The notes under the pieces: model-generated
What the model was told of the DNA's origin: nothing
The model's database searches: none
Seen by the model: only the letters and a program-made list of their open reading frames with translations
Program-made: the position numbers and the translations under genes
In this document: piece by piece, positions 1 through 14,437 of the stretch
Position numbering within the stretch: the first letter of the stretch is position 1
Layout of the letters: each line of letters opens with the position of its first letter
Origin: Eledone cirrhosa
Lineage: Eukaryota
Assembly (NCBI GenBank): GCA_964016885.1
Contig: OZ024743.1
Location: 22,940,001-23,004,000, forward strand
Length of the DNA: 64,000 nt
Reading direction: 5' to 3'

Positions 1-232
1 GTTTGCAGAAATTTTCAGATATAGTGGTGAAAAACTAGGAGAAATTTTACATGAACTAATTCTGGAAATATAGTGGAAGAAGTACCAAAGGATTGGAAAG
101 ATGCAATAATGTGACCTTTGGTCTTATACAAGACCAAAGGTCACATGGTGGAATGCTGAAATCATAGAGAAATAGCCCTTCTCTGTATTGCAGGGAAAAT
201 TATTGCATCACTCATGTTTTCAAGACTAAAAT
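1..232 (+). mobile_element. Degenerate RTE/BovB-like LINE reverse transcriptase fragment
   Basis: Manual translation with stops/frameshifts gives EEVPKDWKDAII...YKTKGHMVECxNHREIALLCIAGKIIA, matching RT domain 0-1 of RTE-clade LINEs. Confidence 0.7.
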
Positions 233-812
233 GTAGTGGGAATCAGCTGCACAGCAGATATTAATATGATGGTAAAAATTAACGAAAAGGAGAACTTTCA
301 TGAAGATAACGTGTGGAATCTGTAGATACTGTAATTTTGCTATACTTTTAGATATGTACCTAGGATCATTGAGGCTCTGGGATATATTACTAACCGCCTC
401 AGCAGAAATTCTGAGATGTTAGGATTCACAGAACCAGAAAGAACACGGCTAGTTATGAAACTTCACGTACAGCTCACGAATAGAACTGTAAAATATGTAA
501 AACATTCCAGATATATGGCATGTAAGAATTACCTACATACACGTATATATAGAGAACCGTGTATATATGTGTATATTTATATGTCATGAAATACAAATCC
601 ATGCATACAATGACATCCATAGCGCCCCCCCCCCCTACACACACACACACACACACATACACACACACAAACAGAAACACATAGAGAGACACATACATAA
701 TTTCCTAGTTGGTACTGACTAAGTTCCAATGAAAGAGTTTTGTCTCTTTTTCGAAACTGGCTTTCTTCATCTTTTTCTCTGTTGGTGAAAAATGAAGAAA
801 AACAAAGCAGAA
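233..812 (+). mobile_element. Degenerate 3' end of an R4/Dong-like RLE retrotransposon (same family as 41350-43739), followed by (CATA)n
   Basis: VVGISCTADIN..INEKEN..IIEALGYITNRLSRNSEMLGFTEPERTRLV aligns with the C-terminus of the 41434 ORF. The 3' UTR is similar and ends GCAGAA before (CATA)n. Confidence 0.8.
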
Positions 813-1289
813 CATATATACATTCATACATACATACATACATACATACATACATACATACATACATACATACATACATAAATACATACATATGCTTATA
901 TGTATGTGTATATGTGTGTATGTGTGTATGTGTGTATGTGTACATAAGTGCATATATCTTATATGCAGACCTACTTTGAAGGTTCTTCTTAAATGTTAAC
1001 TAAATATTCACCTGTCTCCAAAAATAATAAGCTACCTTACTCAAACTGGTTGGCTTGTTAGCAAGCCTGTTAGCATCCTATCCCATTGTTTCCTGTATTT
1101 GTTACAATGAAGAAAAAACTAATAATAGCTTCCCTCTACCATCATTTTATATTCTTGTTTTCTCACTTAACTTAAAATAAAACCAGCTTGCATAAATTTG
1201 TACTCTCTTTCTTTCATGCCCTTTCATTTTACACCTCTATTCCTCCCGGAGACAAAAGGTTTATGGGTCTCAATATCACCGTTGAAGGA

Positions 1290-1470
1290 TATTGGATTGG
1301 CAGAGTTTGTAGAGCGTCAGATAAAACGCCATTGCAGTATTTGTTCTGGCTGTTTATATTCTGAGTTCAAATCCCACTGAGATCAACTTTGACTTTTATC
1401 GTCCGGGGACGATAAAATAAAATACCAGCCATATAATGAGATTGATTTAATCTCTTATCCACTTCCCCCA
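1290..1470 (+). mobile_element. tRNA-derived SINE family A, diverged copy
   Basis: TGGCAGAGTTTGTAGAGCGTCAG (A-box-like), GAGTTCAAATCCC (B-box) and a GATAAAATAAA.TACCAG body shared with other copies. Confidence 0.65.
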
Positions 1471-1639
1471 CTTGCGATAAAGCTACACTGTTTGTATACA
1501 TATATAAGGAATTCCATTGTATTGTGTTATCAGCAATAGCAACGTGCATAATCTGTATGTCTGCGAAATGCATGTTTCTGTCGTTGTTGTCTACGACCAT
1601 GTCATGTTTAATCAAACTGTCTGTTTTCACTAGCGTAGC

Positions 1640-2480
1640 CTATTACATAAAGTACACTGTTAGAAGTGAAAGCGTCAAATTTGTTGAAAATTGGAGATTG
1701 TAAAGATAAAACGGAATACAAGAAAGAGAAACGAATTGAAACTGAAAGGAGATGGAAAGAAAAGAGGATGTATGAGCAATTTTATACAGAAGCCAAAACC
1801 GATTTGGAGAAGAGGTGGCTATGGCTGCAGAAAACTGAAACCTTAAATTCTGCAGCGCAAACCCTGAGTACAAATTTTGTTAAACACAAGATTGACAATT
1901 CAGGTGAAACAGAAAAATGTACGATGTGCAGAGAAAAGGAAGAAACTGTGTCACATATCACCAGCCAGTGCACAAAGCTGGCACAGAAAGAATACAAACG
2001 ACGCCATGTTAATGTAACCAAAATTATTTGTTGGTAATGATGTGGAATATGAAGCCTCGAAAGAGCAAGCCAGTATTATGAGCAGAAACCAGGTGTTATA
2101 GAAAATTACCACGTCAAGTGTCTATTGTAATTTAAGCGTCATTTTGAACATAAGATTGGACATCGTAAACCAGATATTGTGGTGATCAATAAAATTAACA
2201 ATGTTTGATTCTGGATGCGGCTTGTCCCACTGGCAATAAGGTTTTTGACGAAGAATTGAAGAGGGTTGAGAGATACGAAACACTAGCATGGGAGATAAAA
2301 CATTTCTGGGCAACGAAAAAGGTTGAGATGATCTCAGTTGTAGTCGGGGAGCTTGGTGTGTGACCACCAGAAATTGAAAGCTATTTAAAAAGAAAATGGG
2401 ACCAGAGCATCAGGGTGGGTCCCCTACATAAAACAACACTCCTTGGAACTGCCGGGATACTCTGAGATGCTTGACAATTC
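1640..2480 (+). mobile_element. Degenerate R4/Dong-like element: CCHC zinc knuckle and RLE region
   Basis: ORF 1666-2037 contains CTMCREKEETVSHITSQCTKLAQKEYKRRH. Downstream HRKPDIVVI and D.ACP remnants carry stops. Confidence 0.8.
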
Positions 2481-2539
2481 AAGGAAAACCTATGAATTTA
2501 ATATATGTAGACAGAAAAAAGTTAAAAGAAACGACAGCT

Positions 2540-4600
2540 AAGGTAAACAGGGACGATCAATGACTGCTTTGTGTCGGGTGAAGTAATCCAGTGGTTGACA
2601 AAAGGTACGACGGTTCTAATATAGATAGACCAAGTCAAGGGAAATGGCGTTATCAACTATAGGCATATCATATGTTTATCTTTGATGTGGAAATTGCTAA
2701 CAAGCATTATGTCTGAGGAAATCTATCTCCACCTCGACATAAACAACCTATTGCCGGAGGAGCAGAAAGGATGCCGAAAGCAGACCCGTGAAACAAAGGA
2801 CCAGCTACTTATTGAGAATATGATAATAATTAACTGCAAGAAGAAGCCTACTGGTCTTTCGATGGGATGGATAGGTTACAAGAAGGAATTCGACATGGTT
2901 CCTCATTCTTGGCTAACCAAGTACCTAGAAATCTTTAAGGTGACGGACAACATCAGACTATTATTAAGTCATGGAGACATGGGAGACAGACTTAACATCA
3001 GGTGGAGAATCCTTGGGAGGAGTGGAAACCAAGAGGGATATCTTACAAGGAAATAGTCTCTCCACTGTATTGTCTGTCCTTAACCTCATATCCTTGTCTC
3101 CTGTTTCGCGAAGAGAGAAGTCAGGATCCGAACTGCGAAGAGGAGAGCTTATCATCAACCACCTCCTCTTCGTGACCGAGCTATAAGGAATTGAATGTAC
3201 TTCTTGACACTGTTCGTATTTTCAGCACTGATGCATGTATGGAATTTGGTGTTAAGTATGGATTCCTAGTGATGGGGAGAGGTAAAGGAATCGAGATCGC
3301 AATGGTAAGATGATATAGGAAATCGACACCGAAGAGGGATATAGATATTTGGGTTTTCTGTTTTGGGGTCAGATAACATCAATGACAATAAAATAAAGGA
3401 GATGATAATATCTAAATAGATAAGGAGAGTAAGGAACATATTAAATCACAGTTGAATAATAGAAATGCCATAAGTGCAGTAAATTCCTGAGCTGTGTCTA
3501 TTATTATTACAGTGCGAGAATTCTAGCCGATGCTAGAAAATGGATGGTAAGACAAGTAAATTAATGACCATCTACAGTGTGTTTAATAAGAAGAGTTATG
3601 TTGATAGACTGTACTTAAGGGGCATTGAAGGTGGAAGAGGTCTTATCAGCTTGGATGACTGTGTCCAGATGGAGAAGAGCTGTCTTCACAGATATGTGTC
3701 TGAGAGTAACAAGCCAATGCTTAAGGCTGTATTGAAGGAAGAGACAATAGACCAGGGAATGTCCAAGAAAGACGTAACAACAAAGAGGAAGAACAACCTG
3801 AATGAAAAGGCCCTTCATAGCATCTTTTTAAAGACAACAGAATTCAGAGATCCGCAGACAGGGAACTGGTTAAAGAAAAAAGACCTTAAGAAAGCTACAG
3901 CAGGAATGCTATTGGCACACAAGAGCAGGCCCTTAGAATGAAGTTGATGAAACTTTATATTGACAAGGAGGAGACTAGCCCACTGTGTAGGATCTGTGGA
4001 GAGAGAGAGGGAACTGTGGCTCACACCGTATCCTAGTGTACACAACCTGGCCCAGACTCAATCTAAAGGATGAAGACATGATATCATAAGAAAAGTGATC
4101 CAATGTCATTTATGCAAACTGAACAAATTATCTCATTCTGAGAAATAGTATGAGCATAAGCCAGAGTTGGTGATAGAAAACAATCGGTTGAAGGTACTGT
4201 GGAAATTCTGGATATAAACAGAACAGGCCTGACTTGGTGGCTTTTGACGAGGAAAAAACATCTTGCTTGATTATAGATGTAACTTGCCCCTTTGACACGC
4301 GAGCGCAAGAAAAGGAAAAGTAGAAAATTAACCGTTATCAGGATTTAAAGTGGGAACTGAAAAGGATTTGGAACTGTCATGAGATCAATGTCATCCCCAT
4401 TATCGTAAAAGCACTAGGTACTATCTGGAAGAGCTTCCAATGCTGGTTAAAGAACATTAGCGCAACCCCCTTTTATGGAACACCCCCAGAAGGCATGCCT
4501 ACTGGGAAACGGCAAGAACTCTCCAATACGTCCTGAATATCTGAAGCTGCAGGTAACAGCTTGATGATCATAGGGGCAAATTTTCCGGTTAAATAACAGC
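2540..4600 (+). mobile_element. Degenerate R4/Dong-like non-LTR retrotransposon (RT + CCHC + RLE)
   Basis: LLPEEQKGCRKQTR..KDQLLI, GYKKEFDMVPHSW, ILQGNSLS, INHLLFVTEL, DRLYLRGIEGGRGLISL, CRIC, RPDLV...DVTCPFD spread over several frames. Ends in an (ATT/AAT)-rich tail. Confidence 0.85.
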
Positions 4601-4874
4601 AATGACTAAGATATCAAAGTAAAAATAATAATTATTATCATTATAGTTTATGTAAAGTTATAGGATCAGTAGACTACAAATCTAAGAACGACAGAGTTCA
4701 CCAATGTATAAAGTAGTTAATATGTCGGCATTATTAAATCAAAACTATCGATAACTGAAAACTCGTATAAACATCACGCTGAGGTTGTAACTGAAGGAGA
4801 AAATGTAACGATTCTTTGGGACTTTCCTGTATACATAGATATAACTATCAAAGCTAAAAGACCGGATATTACCA

Positions 4875-5450
4875 TACGACCTCTTTCGTTATGGCCACCC
4901 ATAACGTTATGACAGACAAAAACAGCCTGCCCTTCCAGGCTAAGGAATGGTGGCGAGGCGATTTTGACGATGGACTCGGTTGACAGTCGGATCCGTCCTA
5001 CACCTGACAACAGGTGTTCGACATAAACCAACAAGCCAGTGAAACTAGTACAATGGACGAGTGCGTGCACGATGGTTCCGTCGCTTTGTGCGCATCTTGG
5101 ATATGCCTGATTACCTGTAGAGTTCATCTCGGACCGGCGACGCTCTCCAGTAGCACTGACAGGCCAGGGGTTTCTGGAAGTTACCCATCAGCCCTAGACC
5201 AAAGGTCCTGTGGAAGATATGGCTAGTTGATTTTCGTCGACGCCCAGAGTTTCCCCAAAAATGTCATCACTTTTACCCACCACTAAGCCTCTATAGAACG
5301 CCAAGGTAGAGTTTCTACTGATCATAGTGCCCGATTGGCTGAGGGCTGTGAGCGCTTGGAGACATTCTAGTCTCCAAACGCTTCCCTTAGGTCTCTGCTT
5401 CACTCAGGACTGCAACTCTGTCAAAGAGACGAGCTAGGAAAAAACGTGCC
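4875..5450 (-). mobile_element. L1/Tx1-like LINE 3' fragment (zf-RVT region), degenerate
   Basis: YPRCAQSDGTIVHALVHC (degenerate CxxC..H...C) in ORF 4774-5127. It abuts a short plus-strand RLE fragment (VTILWDFPVYIDITIKAKRPDI, about 4780-4875). Confidence 0.55.
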
Positions 5451-7601
5451 AAACGAATGGTGACCTCACCTATTTACCGATCAAGAAAAGCTGTAGATAA
5501 TAGTGAGTTATTTGAAGATTTTGCTATAAATTTTAACAATCAGAATGCTACGAAGTGACACATTTACTGATTTGTAATTTTCATGGTTGGTTTTGTATTT
5601 TAGCCCCTGTTCAATCTAGAAACATGACACGCATTGCCGAATGTACATGATCAAGCCATCAAATTCTCCGGAACGAATACTGCAACCCATTCTATTCGAT
5701 GTTCTAACCACCCTGTCAATTCGCCGTCTTCTTTGATATAATAAATACCTGTCAAATACTGAAGTCGCTTAAACCAATTATTCCTCTCACCTTTGCACAA
5801 AATGTGTGATTCTTGTACCTGTGCTAGAAATCTATATTATTTTAGGGAATTTGTGTTGTTGCTTTGATGTCATAATTGTTATTTGTGTATTAGATATATT
5901 TCTGTTTCCAGAGTGTGAATCTCTGGTCTCCAGTGAACGTTGATTGACATCAATTTACTGATCCTGGATTGTGTACTTAAGTAACTGACTGAGTGATTCT
6001 AGCTTTTTCTACCTCGATGGTTCCCATCGTCTAATTATGAATCAGTTAAGTTCTCGAGTGTTGTGTTTTGAATAGGAATCCATAGCTAATCTCTGCTTTA
6101 CCGACCATAAATTGTTTTGTGCAGTAATAGCATCGGAAGTACCCGATCAATTCCATCTGTTATGTTTTTACTTTTTCTCTCCGTCATTGACAGCCAATTG
6201 ATAGCCAAATTCTCGACGCGCTCTATCAAACTAGCCAGTTCAATAATATATTGTTTTAGTTGTTTATTCCAAGTCGCTGACATAAATGATAACCAAAGGA
6301 AATACTTGGATTTAATTCCATTACATTATTGTATAATAATCTTAAATTATTTGCCTGAATTCATTTTAGTTAGTAATGTTTTCTGACGGATATACTTGTG
6401 ACTTTATAGAATAAGAGCATAATGTACAATATATGTAATCAATTTTAGTGTCTGTTAATATACTCATTTTATTTTCTATTTTTTTAAACTGTACTACCTG
6501 ACACGATGTGGTTGATTTTATTTTTAGTTTTCACATAATGTACATTCATTGCTTGTTCGTTCATTTTTACATGTCTCGTGTGGTTTATTGCAGACATTAT
6601 ACTGTGATATTATGCTACTAGGAGACCTCCAGTTTCTGCTTTTAAACCTGAACTTCGCACATTGTGTGGATATTTTCGCTAATACATTTTGACATTTATG
6701 ACTCATGTGCAAAAGCTTTACATTTTCAATGTTTTTCATATCTTTATTGAAATGATTAAGAAATAACTTTTGATGAACGATATGTATGAATATAAAACTA
6801 TAATCAAATAAAATGTAGCTTAGTAGTGTGTATCGCTGATTAGGTGTACGGAGTGGCCAAGAATAAGAGCAGAGATCTGTCAATGAAAGCTAGCTCTGTA
6901 CTCAGTTCGTTCATCTATTCTCTCTCTCTCTGATGTGTAGAACCTCAAACATATATATGAAAAGGAGTCCATTAATTTGTTTGTATATAGTTTCCAATGG
7001 TAACAGCTCAAAATACTTATCTCAGCTCTACTTAGTTTTTTCTATTTCAGCCTCTTTATTATATTGTGTTGCGTTCGTTGTATTTTTTAACCATTCATAT
7101 TGCTGCTTCTATAGGAAGGGATTTGGTAGAGTCATTAGAACATCGGATAGAATGTTTTGCAGAATTTGTTCCGGCTCTATGAGCTCTGAGTCCAAATCTC
7201 GTTTAGACCTAGAAAGGGACGGGCTCTGTCAGGTTTAAATGTCACTACGGTTTCCCCGGGACTTCACAATGAGTTACAATGCTGCTGTTGTAGCTATTCC
7301 TTCAAGATTAACGTGAGGATTTCATAGGTTTTTTCTAAATGTTATCTTTATTGTTTTCTTTGGAAATATCATCCTTTGGAGAAGAACGAAACATATATAA
7401 ATCAAATAAATAATCTATTAATTGTTAAAACTTGGTGATCTATTATTTGTGTTATATATATGCTCTGTGATTTACAAATCTATGATGACCGGAAGTATAT
7501 TAACAGGATTTACCTCTGAAATAGCTTTTGCTAATCTGGATATTGAGAAAATCACGTCAGAGCTTTAAATATTTGAATGGCTTACTGTTGTATTATCAAA
7601 T

Positions 7602-7658
<57 letters not shown>

Positions 7659-8380
7659 AGCATGCTCCCTGAACACCTCATGGAGATGTAGGGGCGCCAC
7701 TTAAGCATCTTAACTTGGTGGAGCCCCCTCACTCCCCGTGTCTGAATAGAGCCAATTTCTTCCAAGGATTGAGAGAGAGGGGGGAAATAAAGAAAAATTC
7801 AGAAAGAGAAATATAGGAAGAATCACCTTCTATATTGAAATGGTACTTTATTTATCGGCATCAATGGAAATTGCAAGGTAATCTGGTAGATATATGCCCA
7901 ATGAGCCGTGCTATATACACCTATGTGTGAGTGTGCATATGATATACTCTCAGGTCTTGAATAATCCCTCCCTCCTCTCCCGCTTATTCAGTTTTCAGAA
8001 TTTTCCACCACCACCTCCACCCATTTAACCCCCACCCACCCCACACACACACCGTTTATTAAATATTGCTAATCTATCTCCGGCGAAATTTTATTGTAAG
8101 TGATTCATATCGATACAACATCTGGAGAATCTAAAAATAATTTTATTTTACATTAACAAAACATTATATATATGACAACAACAACAAAAATTTTACAAAA
8201 CATCCCATATCTACGAACGTATATAGTATACAATTACCGATTTCCCAATCCCCCATGCTTATAAGAATTTAAGCAAATATCCACCACCACCATCACCACC
8301 CTATTATTTGGAACATGAGTGTATGTGAAAATTGAATTAGAATCTTTCACTGTATATTTTACTATAGAAAATAATCTAAT

Positions 8381-8555
8381 AATTGTTTCTACTATAGGCA
8401 CAAGGCCAGCAATTACCCAATGCATTACTGGTACTTTATTTTATCGACCCCGTAAGGATGAAAGGCAAAGTCAACCTCGGCGGGATTTGAACTCAGATCG
8501 GAAAGGCACGTAACTATGCATGGCGTCCGACCCTCTACCGAGACTGCCAATCCAC
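8381..8555 (-). mobile_element. tRNA-derived SINE family A
   Basis: Minus strand has TGGCAGTCTCGG (A-box) and GAGTTCAAATCCC (B-box). Conserved body GGTACTTTATTTTATCGACCCCGTAAGGATGAAAGGC recurs more than ten times in the window. Confidence 0.85.
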
Positions 8556-8603
8556 AATAAGGTATATTGTCCTCTGAACGAACAAAATTGGCATTAGCAC
8601 ACA

Positions 8604-8786
8604 TACGAGGGTAGACTGAGAAGTTCATAGGCTGACCAAGATACTTTCATGGAATGACCGAATGAGGTTTGGAAAGAAACAATGTAGTTGTTAGTAAGAA
8701 GAGTTGAAATTAATCCATGCAAGATTTCACAGCGCTAGCATCACTGCTTCGTAGTCAGACAACGAACTTTTCAGCCCACCCACGTA
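8604..8786. mobile_element. Mariner-derived MITE
   Basis: Imperfect TIRs TACGAGGGTAGACTGAGAAGTTC / GAACTTTTCAGCCCACCCACGTA with TA ends. Confidence 0.65.
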
Positions 8787-9285
8787 TATGTCTATGTGTG
8801 TGTGTGTGTATGTATATAGATATATAGATATATATACTGTGTGTGAGGGAGAGAGGGAGACAGATAATCAGACAGAAAAAACATGCAACTGATTGATGGA
8901 TTAAATCAAACCATGACGTAGCACGGAGAGAAAGAGCGAGGGTTCCATGAAGCGTAAGAATAAAAGAACAAAAAATATCTTGACACGGCCTTCAGCACTG
9001 AATATCTGTACTGTATTCATATTGAGTAACATGTACAACAAGCTTCTTTCCGTGTCAGACTGACGGCACGGTTGCTCATCTCCCAGTATCTTCTAACATT
9101 CTGGAACATGTGTTTACCATTAAAGAGCTACTGACACGGAACTACCGACACAACTCCAGGAATCAACTCGTGATATTTCTCTCGACCGATATACAAGAAA
9201 ATCAATGTTTCATATATGGCGGTACACATGCACACATTGACACACAATCACATACACACGCACACAGAGTATCCATATATGTTTA

Positions 9286-9401
<116 letters not shown>

Positions 9402-9468
9402 CATATGCTTGTGTGTGTGTGTATGCATATATTTATATGCATTTATATATATGTATATATATATATAT

Positions 9469-9526
<58 letters not shown>

Positions 9527-9535
9527 AAACAGTAA

Positions 9536-9584
<49 letters not shown>

Positions 9585-9651
9585 TGTGTGTGTATGCGAT
9601 ATACCTATATATATATAATATATATACAGGCATATCGCATACACACACACC

Positions 9652-9690
<39 letters not shown>

Positions 9691-10450
9691 TTACTGTTTA
9701 CATACAACAGCAAATTTTCTTTCAAATCACTTAACTGTACCACTAGGTACACTGTCTATGTCTGGCTGGCAGCTGGCTGGCTGGACATGTCTGACGAGCT
9801 GACTGGCTGGATAGATGGATGAATACATAAATAGATGCGTAGATGAATCTATATAGTTTCATACGTGACATTTACACCAAACATGTGTAAACACACATCA
9901 ATTAGATGGATCTGACTCTTATAGATATCTCTTTAGAGATTATTGAACAATTCTTTGGCAAAGCGAAACATGTTTGAAGGCTAAAAGCCTGTGAGGTGAG
10001 CGTACTTGATAAAGCAGCCTTCTTATATCATGTTAATGTGTTACTTTACTTCAATAAACAGTTTGAAGATCTTACCAAACGCTCATATACACTCTTGTGT
10101 TTGGTTTTAATGAATCAATGTGTGTTTGCGAGTGTGTATGTGTGCTTACACGGGTGCGTTTGTGAGAGTAAATGTGTGTAAATCTGTATGTACATTTACC
10201 ACTCCAGAAGATACTCGAGGACAAATTTTCTGTGTTTGTTTGTATGTAGATATTATATGTGTGTATGTGCGTATTTGTACACGTGCGCATATGTGAGTGT
10301 GGATGTGTGTGTATGGATGTGTGTGGACGTGTGTGTGTGTCTTGTGTGCGTACAAAGGTAGGAATTATGTATGTTCATTCGATATACTGAACTATTAGCA
10401 AATAAAGAACTAAAAAAATCGTTATATATATTATATATATATATTATATA

Positions 10451-11281
<831 letters not shown>

Positions 11282-11936
11282 TATATATATATTATATATA
11301 TATATACATATATAGATTATATATATATACATATATATATATTATATATATATAGGTATATATATATATCACCTATATAACTCACCCACACACACACCCC
11401 AAACAAATTTTTTCTCCACACGCCACCTACACCCACAACACGCTTAAACCCCACACACACGTGCTTTCCACCACATATTTACACCCTCAGCCTCCTGATT
11501 CCTATCCCCCCACCCCTCTATCCACACACGCACAGACACTCCGACCCACAAACCCCCCCACACACACCTCTTCCTGAACATGCAACCCCGTTCTTCCCCC
11601 AACCCTTACTTTCACATACACACACACACACACACACACGTACACCTACACACACACACCACCTTCAGCCCTGCCCGCTCGGACACCCCGTCTCCCTCTC
11701 CTCACTCCACCCGCCACCACCCCTACACACCCCACACCCTTCCACCACCTGTTTTACCCCCTTTTAATTTCAGTTTATTTTGATCATGCTTTTTTATTTA
11801 AATTTATTTCATTCCTTGTATTTTGATCATGCTTTATTTTTATTTTTATTTTTTTCATTCGCACCGTTTCCTTTCGCTATATGTCTCTCCACCACTCCCC
11901 TACACACCCTTTGAACTCTGTTCCCACACACTTCTC

Positions 11937-12060
11937 ACCTGAGGAAGGGTTTATGCCCGAAACGTCGTCCCCCACCAACACCCCACTCTCCAGAGCGTGA
12001 AATTAATAAACATTCGTTGTACTGCCTCTCTGTTTTGTCCCTGTTCAAATTTTTCCATTA
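11937..12060 (+). mobile_element. Penelope-like pLTR end with minimal hammerhead core; 3' part repeated at about 14340-14390
   Basis: CTGAGGA-AGGG-TTTATG-CCC-GAAACGTC (palindromic ACGT helix III), then AATAAA, then (TA)n. Helix I is reduced to 2 bp. Confidence 0.6.
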
Positions 12061-13834
12061 TATATATATATATATATACATGCATATATATTTATTTATT
12101 TATGTATATATGCCACAAAAGTATCTAGTTAAACAAGATTGTGTATAACAGTTTTATGCCAATAATATTACTATAGTTAATTTAAGCTTTTTCTCATTAC
12201 TTTAAAGAATAAATTTTACCTTTGTCATAAAACGTAATGACTGATTATTTTATATTAGTAAGAATTTTAATCACCAACTAAATACTTTACATGATATAGT
12301 TCTTAATATTACACAGTTTATATCATCATTACGTTAAGATGAATCTGTATCTATCAGTATCTTTTCATTATAATACAACTCTCACCAACAGTGGTTTCTT
12401 GGGGAAAACACAATATATACTCAGATCTAATGTTTCAAAGCACAATAACAAACTAACACATTCTAGTTGATGTAATCTAATATATGATTAAAAATAGGTT
12501 CCAAAATAATTAAAGATTACCTTACAATTTCCATTGAACTATAAAAGCTTTAACAGAAACACAATTAAGGTTAGTTTCTTTGCCTGTACACGCTATTTGC
12601 ACACCTCAAAGTAGCTGTTGGGCAAAATACTTAGGCTACTATACCAGTTGGATATGTTTATATTGATTAGCCGAACATATTAATGGTTGTCTTTACCAGC
12701 ATAGACATTTATTTATTTATATATTTATTTGGACGTCAAATTTAGAGCAGCCCCGTACAAATATATTTTATTTATGAATAAGAGATGCCTACATATCATC
12801 AGAATCATTTTGTCGATACTTAAATGTGCGACACCGATACGATGTAAAATCTTTTGTTCTCAATTGTTTATTTTATTGCAGTATTTGTACCATATAAATA
12901 TAACCATCTGTCTTGTACACACGCTCCAGAATTCTTATGATGTAATTACATTTTAACCTTAAATTTCTTTTAGGTTCTGAATTCTCAAATTTTCTCTACA
13001 TATGTACTTAAATGAACCCGTATACTTTTTATTTTATTTTTAATAACGACTAATGTTTATTATCATTGTTTATTAACCCTTACAGTAACCACAAAGAAGA
13101 AAACATACACAGACACGTAAACCAGGTCCGAATACAGAGGAGCCGAACTGCCACTGTTTCGCCTCCATCTCTCTCGCCCTCCCCAACACACACGTAAACC
13201 AGGCCCGAATACAGAGGAACCGAACACCCAGTGTAACCGCCTCCATCTGTCTCACCATCTCTCACTATTATGAGCAAATGGGGTCCCACGCGTTGGCCAC
13301 CCCACGGCCCAGACGGACAGAATTATATTCTTCCTAAAGAATAATCACGAGAATGTATAAAAATTATTGGAACTTAATCATCTTTGTCACATTTCTAATC
13401 CCAATTTTCTAGAATATCCCATTTTTCAATACACTCTCATTTTACACACTGAAGTCATTTTACACATTTCATATATTGTTCCGATAAATTTACATTTACA
13501 CGTTAAATTTGAAATTTATAACCCATATTTTTGTTCATAAATATGTTTACTGTATATACACAGTATTTATCATTTACCTGTCCCATTTTTCCTATAGTGT
13601 TTCTATACCGGATATTTATTTTAACTTTGATTTAACAAATAACAGATATATTAATTAACAAATGAGATACAACCGTTCATCTGTATCCAGTCAATGTTTA
13701 TTCTGAAATACAAATATTTTTCTTTCTATTATTTGGCGTATTTTTATAGCTTTGCTCCACTGATTCCAATCGACGGAAACTTAGGAACTATAAAGTCAGG
13801 GTAATGATTTATGGAGTTTCAGTATTATATATAT

Positions 13835-13941
13835 AATCCCGCCGAGGTTAACTTTGCCTTTCATCCTTACGGGGTCGATAAAATAAAGTACCAGTAATAC
13901 ACTGCGTAATTGCTGGCCTTGTGCCAAAAGTAGAAACAATT
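13835..13941 (+). mobile_element. SINE family A, 5'-truncated, between TA tracts
   Basis: AATCCCGCCGAGGTTAACTTTGCCTTTCATCCTTACGGGGTCGATAAAATAAAGTACC...GTAGAAACAATT. Confidence 0.8.
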
Positions 13942-14238
13942 ATATATATATATATGTGTGTGTGTATGTGTGTATATATAGATATGTGTGTGTGTGTGTG
14001 TGTAAATATATATATAAGATTAAATGCATGTAGAAATACATGCCTGTGCGAACATATGTGTGTGTGTATGCAGGGGTATATACATATACACACACACATA
14101 CACACACACATACATACATACATATATATGCATCTGTGTACGCAGCAGCCGAAGCATACGACAGAGTTATATTTGTATATATCCAGTATATGAGTAACCC
14201 AGACAGCGTAAATGTGTATGTAAATATACACAATTATA

Positions 14239-14298
<60 letters not shown>

Positions 14299-14385
14299 AT
14301 AAACGTGCTGCCTGGTTGCTAATGGGTTATATATATATATAAACATTTGTTGTACTGCCTCTGTTTTGTTCCCGTTCAATTTTTC

Positions 14386-14437
<52 letters not shown>

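Noticed and set aside
5900-5945. Plus-strand terminal exon (TTCTGTTTCCAG|..ECESLVSSER*)
   Set aside because: Acceptor-like site only; too short to support.
13073-13260. piggyBac-like end (TTAA-CCCTT) with internal direct repeats; similar AAGGG-TTAA at about 51010
   Set aside because: No paired TIR nearby and no transposase.
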